Source: Spirochaetia bacterium (GTDB lineage Bacteria > Spirochaetota > Spirochaetia > SZUA-6 > Bin103). From it: DNA of 64,000 nt. How positions within the stretch are numbered: the stretch's first letter is position 1; every line of letters starts with the position of its first letter. This document shows, piece by piece, positions 58,243 through 64,000 of this stretch. The position numbers and the translations under genes are program-made. Where the stretch lies: the NCBI GenBank assembly GCA_965198005.1, contig CBDAOI010000004.1, forward strand, positions 736,001 to 800,000. Direction: 5' to 3'. Below the pieces are notes generated by a model that saw nothing but the letters and a program-made list of their open reading frames with translations, was not told the origin of the DNA and made no database searches.

Positions 58243-58985
58243 AAGCTGTCGCCGGCGGAGCGGGTGCGGTCTTCGGTGGCCGACTCCTGGGCCTCGTACT
58301 GGCCGCGCGCGGCGGCCACGTACTCCCGCCACGTGGCGCGATCGCGATACAGAATGTCGGCGTCGCTGACCGAAAACACGTTCTGGAACACCAGCAGGAA
58401 GATGTCGCTGTCCGCGGTTGCCCAGGCGGAGATCCGCGCCGGCATCCCCAACGCGTGCGTGAACTGGACGTTCTTGACGTCGTAGCTGACCGGATCGATC
58501 CCCAGCGACCTGGTGATCGCCTGTTCCAGGATCTCGGACACCTCGGTGTGGCTGCCGTCGCCGCCGGTGTCCAGGGTCTTGCGGACCATGAACAGCCGGT
58601 AGGAGCCGATGTCCGCGGGCGCGGTGTGGTCGCGGAAAAAGAACAGGTCGATCGACTGCACGTTCTCCCAGCTCGCGTGGCTCACGCGGTACCGGCGGGT
58701 CACCTCGACGCTGAGCTGGAGCTGCCCCAGCCAGTTGCGGTAGAGACCCTCGGTAAAGAAGTCGGGCAGCACCTCGTACTGGCCGATGAAGAACGCTTCG
58801 GCGCCCTCGTCGGTCTCGACCGTGGCCCCGCTCAGCTCACTCAGGATCCGGCGCGCGGTCTGCCCGAACGGGATGCTGCCGTAGGAGTACTCCGGCGGCG
58901 CCGCGCGCTGGGCGTGCCCGTCGAACGCCGCCAGCACCAGCACGACCCCGCCCACCAGCAGGCGGGAAGTGATTGTTCGTCTCAT
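58239..58985 (-). CDS. Hypothetical secreted protein
   Basis: GGAGG RBS, signal peptide MRRTITSRLLVGGVVLVLAAFDGHA. Confidence 0.65.
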   Translation of the reverse strand: MRRTITSRLLVGGVVLVLAAFDGHAQRAAPPEYSYGSIPFGQTARRILSELSGATVETDEGAEAFFIGQYEVLPDFFTEGLYRNWLGQLQLSVEVTRRYRVSHASWENVQSIDLFFFRDHTAPADIGSYRLFMVRKTLDTGGDGSHTEVSEILEQAITRSLGIDPVSYDVKNVQFTHALGMPARISAWATADSDIFLLVFQNVFSVSDADILYRDRATWREYVAAARGQYEAQESATEDRTRSAGDSF

Positions 58986-59005
58986 CTCATCCTCCAGTAA
59001 CCCGG

Positions 59006-59614
59006 CTAGCGCAGGAACCCCTGACGCTCGGCGTCCGCGACCAGCTCCTGCGCGAAGCGCCAGAGCGCCGGCGCGCCGGAGTCGATCACTGCGTTGACTT
59101 CCCGCACTTGGCGCGCGCTCACGCCGTGCTTGCGCCAGCCCGGGCCGCGGTTGAAGTAGTTGAGGAGCAACGGCTGCAGCCGATCCACGGCGAGGGCAAA
59201 CCGCGCCTCGGCGCTCTCCCGCGCCTCGAACTCGTCCCACAGCGCGCGCAGCTCCGGCGCCTGGTCCGGCGGCAGCAGCGCGAAGATCCGGTCGGCGGCG
59301 CGCCGCTCCCGCTCCGCCTGGTCGCGCCTGGCGGCCTGGTCGTACACGAACGTGTCGCCAGCGTCGATCTCCACCAGGTCGTGCAGCAGCAGCATCTTCA
59401 GCACCCGCAGCATATCCAGCTCCGCCGGCGCCGCGGCGTGCTCGGCCAGCACGACCGCCATCAGGCTGATGTGCCAGGAGTGCTCGGCGGAGTTCTCGCG
59501 CCGGCCGCGGCCGATGAGCACGCTCTGCCGCAGCACCTGCTTGAGTCTGTCCGCCTCCAGCACGAACCGGATCTGGCGCCCGATGCGCCCGGCAAACGGA
59601 TCCATCACCCCCAC
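59006..59614 (-). CDS. HD-domain hydrolase
   Basis: ENSAEHSWH, LHDLVEIDAGD, DRLQP. Confidence 0.9.
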   Translation of the reverse strand: MGVMDPFAGRIGRQIRFVLEADRLKQVLRQSVLIGRGRRENSAEHSWHISLMAVVLAEHAAAPAELDMLRVLKMLLLHDLVEIDAGDTFVYDQAARRDQAERERRAADRIFALLPPDQAPELRALWDEFEARESAEARFALAVDRLQPLLLNYFNRGPGWRKHGVSARQVREVNAVIDSGAPALWRFAQELVADAERQGFLR

Positions 59615-59648
59615 TGTAGCCGAATCGCAGCCCGTGCGCTACCTGCTC

Positions 59649-60266
59649 TCAACCAAACAGCCGCCGCAACCAAGCCACGAGCTGAACCGCACCAAGCGCA
59701 TCAACGTTCAGATCCCCAGCCTTGATTGCCACACCCATCTTTCGCGGTTCCTCCCTCGTTGCCAACCATGCATGGACTTTGGCCCGAAGTATCTTGCCGT
59801 CCCTGAACTTTCGGTCCCCGGCCGGTATCCCGTCAACATAATGTTGGGACAGTGGCCACACGGGATCGTCATCCGGGATCATCCCTTCGACAAACTCTTC
59901 CAGTTCGCCCGTCGACACGTTATTCGGCATCAGCCAAATGCCGACACGCGGGCGGCCATCGATAATAGTCCCGGACGGATCCGGGCTATCTGGCGGGGTG
60001 ATATTCACGCGTACAAGTCTGTCGACCACTGCTTGCCAACGACTCCGTACGTCGTCGTTTGCGTCAATCAGTATGCCAACCGCCTGCCGTCCCGGGACTC
60101 TCACCTCGTTGCCGATGGCGGTGAGAAGGGGATCTTTCCCTCCCTTGTCAGAAATGTCGAACTGGCAATCCGGCGTCGAACGTTCGCGGAGATGGATCAC
60201 AACGTGCTTGTCGTCGGGGCCTTCGACCAACAATACGCGTGGCTGCGGTGAAGTGGGACCGGGCAC
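59649..60266 (-). CDS. DUF3226-like (TOPRIM-like) protein
   Basis: LLVEGPDD, GILIDAN, GIWLMPNN..GELE, KVHAWLA...MG. Confidence 0.75.
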   Translation of the reverse strand: MPGPTSPQPRVLLVEGPDDKHVVIHLRERSTPDCQFDISDKGGKDPLLTAIGNEVRVPGRQAVGILIDANDDVRSRWQAVVDRLVRVNITPPDSPDPSGTIIDGRPRVGIWLMPNNVSTGELEEFVEGMIPDDDPVWPLSQHYVDGIPAGDRKFRDGKILRAKVHAWLATREEPRKMGVAIKAGDLNVDALGAVQLVAWLRRLFG

Positions 60267-60270
60267 AGCG

Positions 60271-61365
60271 TCAGCGAACCTCGATACCCTGCTCGGCAGC
60301 GATCTTCAAGTCTTCCTCTGAATACTCGACAGCTCGCAACTCCCTGTCATCCCGGTCGAGGCGTACCAAGACGCCGTCAGCGTCCCGATATTCCGCCGCC
60401 GCGTAGGCGAACCCCCTCACGCAGTCCCAGCTATGCGTGGTCGCCAGCACTTGGACGTCGTTCGCCTGCGCTGTCCGCAGGATCATCTTCCACAAGTCGA
60501 GCTGGACGCTGTGGTGGATCCCGTTCTCAGCTTCATCGATTAGCAGAAATCCGCCTCGGCTGTTGGCGAGCGCTACGGCAATGCCGAAAAGACGCACCGC
60601 GCCGTCACCCAGGCTCCTCAGCGGTACTGGTCGGTCTTGCCCCTTTAGTCTGACAATCACGCGTCGCACATCCCTCACGGTCCTCGACGCGCCGTCGCCC
60701 ACCATGGCGATCCCGGCGAGCTCGTTACCGACTACCAAGTCCAGTGCCGCTTGCACTCGGGTTTCGTCTTCTGTGAGAGCGACACTATCCCAGAGGCGTG
60801 ACGTGTGACGTTCGCTCAGCATTCCAGGTCCAAGGTATTCGCATGTGATGGCCGGTGGTGGCTCATCTTCGGTGGCTGAACGTCGACTGCGTGTGGACCG
60901 ATAGCGACCGGCGGATGAGAGATCCATGACGTATGGCTCATGTTTTCGAAAGGTAACTTTGAGACCAATACTATCAACTTGGTCCGGGAACCGTTCTTCT
61001 TGTGGATTGTCAATTACGTGTATGTTTACACGCTCATCCATGTTTGCTGGGCCAATTGATATTCCTGTACTTCGCGTCGGATTCCTTCCATAGAATAAAG
61101 ACGCCCAATCCAGCGCAAGTATTCGGTCGCCATCTTCGTCGGTGAAGTCGGCCACTTCTTGTCGATCCCTTAGGAGTTCAGAGAGTACGGAGTAGCGGCC
61201 ACGCGCAGCATACACGCGGACGGCGTCCAGTACCGTGGTCTTACCGACGCTGTTTACTCCAGCTAGTAGGGTCACACGCCCTAGCCGTGAGATGGCGAGC
61301 TCATTGATACCGCGGAATCCACTCATTGAGAATTCTGCAAGATGAAGGTCGTAGTCGTTTGACAT
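60271..61365 (-). CDS. AAA_15/AAA_21-type ATPase
   Basis: FRGI, GVNSVGKTT, LGDG, IDEAENGIH, TTHS; lower GC than flanks. Confidence 0.88.
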   Translation of the reverse strand: MSNDYDLHLAEFSMSGFRGINELAISRLGRVTLLAGVNSVGKTTVLDAVRVYAARGRYSVLSELLRDRQEVADFTDEDGDRILALDWASLFYGRNPTRSTGISIGPANMDERVNIHVIDNPQEERFPDQVDSIGLKVTFRKHEPYVMDLSSAGRYRSTRSRRSATEDEPPPAITCEYLGPGMLSERHTSRLWDSVALTEDETRVQAALDLVVGNELAGIAMVGDGASRTVRDVRRVIVRLKGQDRPVPLRSLGDGAVRLFGIAVALANSRGGFLLIDEAENGIHHSVQLDLWKMILRTAQANDVQVLATTHSWDCVRGFAYAAAEYRDADGVLVRLDRDDRELRAVEYSEEDLKIAAEQGIEVR

Positions 61366-61633
61366 GTTCAAGTCTCGGAACAGGCGAATAGCCCCACGCT
61401 CGTACCTATTGTAACACGTCAGGGCTGGCGGTTCGCAAGCGCTGCACGCGACGGTGCGAAATCGGCGATGGCGCTGAGCGCCTGCCGGGCGAGAGTGCCG
61501 ATCATGTACACGCGGGGCGTACATGTGGACGGCGCGGTAGCCCGCGGCCGGGCTGCGGATGATGTGCGCCGGGGATTTGCGGGCGGGTCTCCAGGAGCAT
61601 CGGTGCATGCTATAGTGGCGGCGAGGAGGGTGG

Positions 61634-62926
61634 ATGAGTCTGGCTGGGAGGCGGCCGCCGGCGGAGCAGTGGAACGACTGGCGGTGGCAGCTCCGTAATC
61701 GTATCTCGACGGTCGAGGAGCTGGCGCGCTATCTGGATCTGGACGCCGCCGCGCGGGCGCAGATCCGGGCCGCCGGGGCGCGCTACCGGTGGAGCATCAC
61801 GCCCTACTACGCGAGCCTGATGGATCCGTGCGATGCCGCCTGTCCCCTGCGCCTGCAGCAGGTGCCGTCGAGCGCGGAGCTGCACGACGAGCTCGGCATC
61901 GGCGACCCGCTGTCGGAACGCGGCAACTCGCCGGTGGACGCCGTGGTCCACGTGTATCCGGACCGGGTGGCGTTCAAGGTCACCAACGTCTGTCCCACCT
62001 ACTGCCGCTACTGCTTCCGCGACTACTTCGTCGGCAACCCGGACGAGCACCACAGCCGGCACAAGGTGCAGCAGGGCATCGACTACATCGCCCGCACGCC
62101 GGCGATCCGGGACGTGCTGATTACCGGCGGCGATCCGTTCCTGTTCTCGGACGAGCGGCTGGACGATCTGCTCGGGCGCCTGCGCGCCATCGACCACGTC
62201 GAGATCGTCCGCTTCGGCACCCGCACGCCGTGCACGCTGCCGCAACGGATCACGCCCGCGCTGTGCCGGATGCTGGCCCGCCACCATCCGCTGTGGGTCA
62301 ACACCCACTTCAACCATCCGCGCGAGCTGACCGCCGAGGCGGCCGAGGCCTGCGCGCGGCTGGCGGACGCCGGCATCCCGCTCGGCAACCAGACCGTGCT
62401 GCTGAAGGGCGTGAACGACGACCTCGAGGTGATGCTGGCGTTGATCCACGGGCTGCTGCGCATGCGCGTTCGGCCCTATTACGTCTTTCACTGCCAGCTC
62501 CTGCACGGCACCGCGCACCTGCGCACCAGCATCGAACGCGGGTTGGAGATCGCGGCGGCCCTGCGCGGGCGCGTGACCGGGTTCGGTGTCCCCACCTACG
62601 TGCTGGACACCCCCTACGGCAAGGTGCCGCTGGCGCCGCAGTACCTGCTCGGCCGGATCGGCGACGAGGTGGTGGTGCGTACCTCCGACGGGCGCGTCTG
62701 GCGCGAGCCCAACCCGCTCGACGGCGAGCGGCCGGCGACGCCGCTGCCGGCGTTGTCGCCGCGGCGCGCCGCGGCGGTCGCCGGCACTGCCGGCACGCCG
62801 CGCAACCCGTTCCCGCGGACTGCACGGCCGTCGGCGGCGGCGGCCGGCGCCGGTATGCAGTGCAACCAGTCTCAGACCGAGCGCGCACCGGAAGTGGCCG
62901 CGACCGCGGGTCGGGCGGCAGGTTGA
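61634..62926 (+). CDS. KamA-family radical SAM aminomutase
   Basis: WNDWRWQL, ITPYY, YPDRV, CPTYCRYC, TGGDP, HFNHPRE, NQTVLLKGVND, GKVP. Confidence 0.9.
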   Translation: MSLAGRRPPAEQWNDWRWQLRNRISTVEELARYLDLDAAARAQIRAAGARYRWSITPYYASLMDPCDAACPLRLQQVPSSAELHDELGIGDPLSERGNSPVDAVVHVYPDRVAFKVTNVCPTYCRYCFRDYFVGNPDEHHSRHKVQQGIDYIARTPAIRDVLITGGDPFLFSDERLDDLLGRLRAIDHVEIVRFGTRTPCTLPQRITPALCRMLARHHPLWVNTHFNHPRELTAEAAEACARLADAGIPLGNQTVLLKGVNDDLEVMLALIHGLLRMRVRPYYVFHCQLLHGTAHLRTSIERGLEIAAALRGRVTGFGVPTYVLDTPYGKVPLAPQYLLGRIGDEVVVRTSDGRVWREPNPLDGERPATPLPALSPRRAAAVAGTAGTPRNPFPRTARPSAAAAGAGMQCNQSQTERAPEVAATAGRAAG

Positions 62927-62944
62927 GCGAAGGCGGCGGCGACG

Positions 62945-64000
62945 ATGGCGAGCAGCTTCGGTCACCTGTTCCGGGTCACCACCTGGGGTGAGTCGCACGG
63001 CCCGGCGGTCGGCGTGGTGGTGGACGGCTGTCCGCCGGGGCTGGCCTTGAGCGCGGCCGACCTGCAGGCCGAGCTGGATCGGCGGCGCCCCGGCCAGAGC
63101 CGGATCACCAGTCAGCGGGCGGAGAGCGACCAGGCGGAGATCCTGTCCGGCGTGTTCGAGGGGCGCACTACCGGCACCGCGATCCACGTGCTGGTGCGCA
63201 ATCGGGACGCGCGCGCGCGCGACTACGACGAGATGAGCACCAAGTACCGCCCGTCGCACGCCGATTTCACCTATGACGCCAAGTACGGCACGCGCGATTG
63301 GCGCGGCGGCGGCCGGGCCAGCGCGCGCGAGACCGTGGGACGGGTAGCGGCCGGCGCGATCGCGGCGCGCGTGCTGCGCGCGACCTGCGGCGCCGAGGTG
63401 GTGTCGTACGTCAAGCAAGTCGGCTCGGTCGACGCCGCGGTCGACCCTGGCGGCGTGACCCGGGCGGCGGTGGAGGCGCACATCACCCGCTGCCCGGATC
63501 CCGCGGCCGCGGCCGCCATGCAGGAGCAGATCGAGCTGGCGCGCAAGGCGGGCGACTCCCTCGGCGGCGTGGTGGAAGCGGTGGCGCGCGGCGTGCCGCC
63601 CGGCCTCGGCGAGCCGGTGTTCGACAAGCTCGACGCCGACTTGGCCAAGGCGCTGCTGTCGCTGCCCGCCTGCCGCGGCTTCGAGATCGGCTCGGGGTTC
63701 GCCGGCACGCGGCTCACCGGGAGCACCCACAACGACCCGTTCTACATGGAGCAGGGGAGGGTGCGCACCCGCGGCAACCGCTCCGGCGGGGTGCAGGGCG
63801 GCATCTCCAACGGCGAGGCGATCGTGGTGCGCGCCGCGTTCAAGCCCACGGCGACCATTCTGCGCCCGCAGCAGACGGTAGACCGTGACGGCAACGAGGT
63901 GATCCTGCACCCGCGCGGCCGGCACGATCCGTGCGTCCTGCCGCGCGCCGTGCCGCTGGTGGATGCGATGATCACTCTGGTGCTGGTCGACCACCTGCTG
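62945..64000 (+). CDS. aroC: Chorismate synthase (partial at window edge)
   Basis: [47 protein letters not shown]. Confidence 0.96.
   Translation, partial: MASSFGHLFRVTTWGESHGPAVGVVVDGCPPGLALSAADLQAELDRRRPGQSRITSQRAESDQAEILSGVFEGRTTGTAIHVLVRNRDARARDYDEMSTKYRPSHADFTYDAKYGTRDWRGGGRASARETVGRVAAGAIAARVLRATCGAEVVSYVKQVGSVDAAVDPGGVTRAAVEAHITRCPDPAAAAAMQEQIELARKAGDSLGGVVEAVARGVPPGLGEPVFDKLDADLAKALLSLPACRGFEIGSGFAGTRLTGSTHNDPFYMEQGRVRTRGNRSGGVQGGISNGEAIVVRAAFKPTATILRPQQTVDRDGNEVILHPRGRHDPCVLPRAVPLVDAMITLVLVDHLL

Noticed and set aside
61610-63994. 794-aa minus-strand ORF
   Set aside because: Antisense shadow of kamA-like gene and aroC

Overview
High-GC bacterial chromosomal segment in which intact housekeeping/metabolic genes (msrP end, msrQ, clpB, trkAH, galU, M29 aminopeptidase, a two-component system, KamA-family radical SAM, aroC start) alternate with a decayed accessory layer: about nine toxin-antitoxin loci, IS91/IS1182/IS1634/IS21/ISNCY elements or remnants, family-5 ABC transporter paralogues and many gene fragments. 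The solute-binding-protein N-termini look spirochaete-like and the decay suggests a host-associated lifestyle (both inference). The most notable locus is a type I restriction-modification island (about 40.0-50.4 kb): an HEPN RNase gene (RX4HXY motif) overlaps an HsdS carrying an N-terminal MNT nucleotidyltransferase (GSX10DXD), followed by an overlapping SIR2-domain gene. These three look intact while hsdM is 5'-truncated and hsdR is frameshifted. Also notable: an IS91-type transposase broken at four sites, each coinciding with a short hairpin insertion; a 126-bp tandem array; a (CTAG)5 run near a CTAG-flanked IS; and a DddD-like double CoA-transferase. No CRISPR array, rRNA or tRNA was recognised. 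All family assignments are from motif recognition by eye, not database searches.
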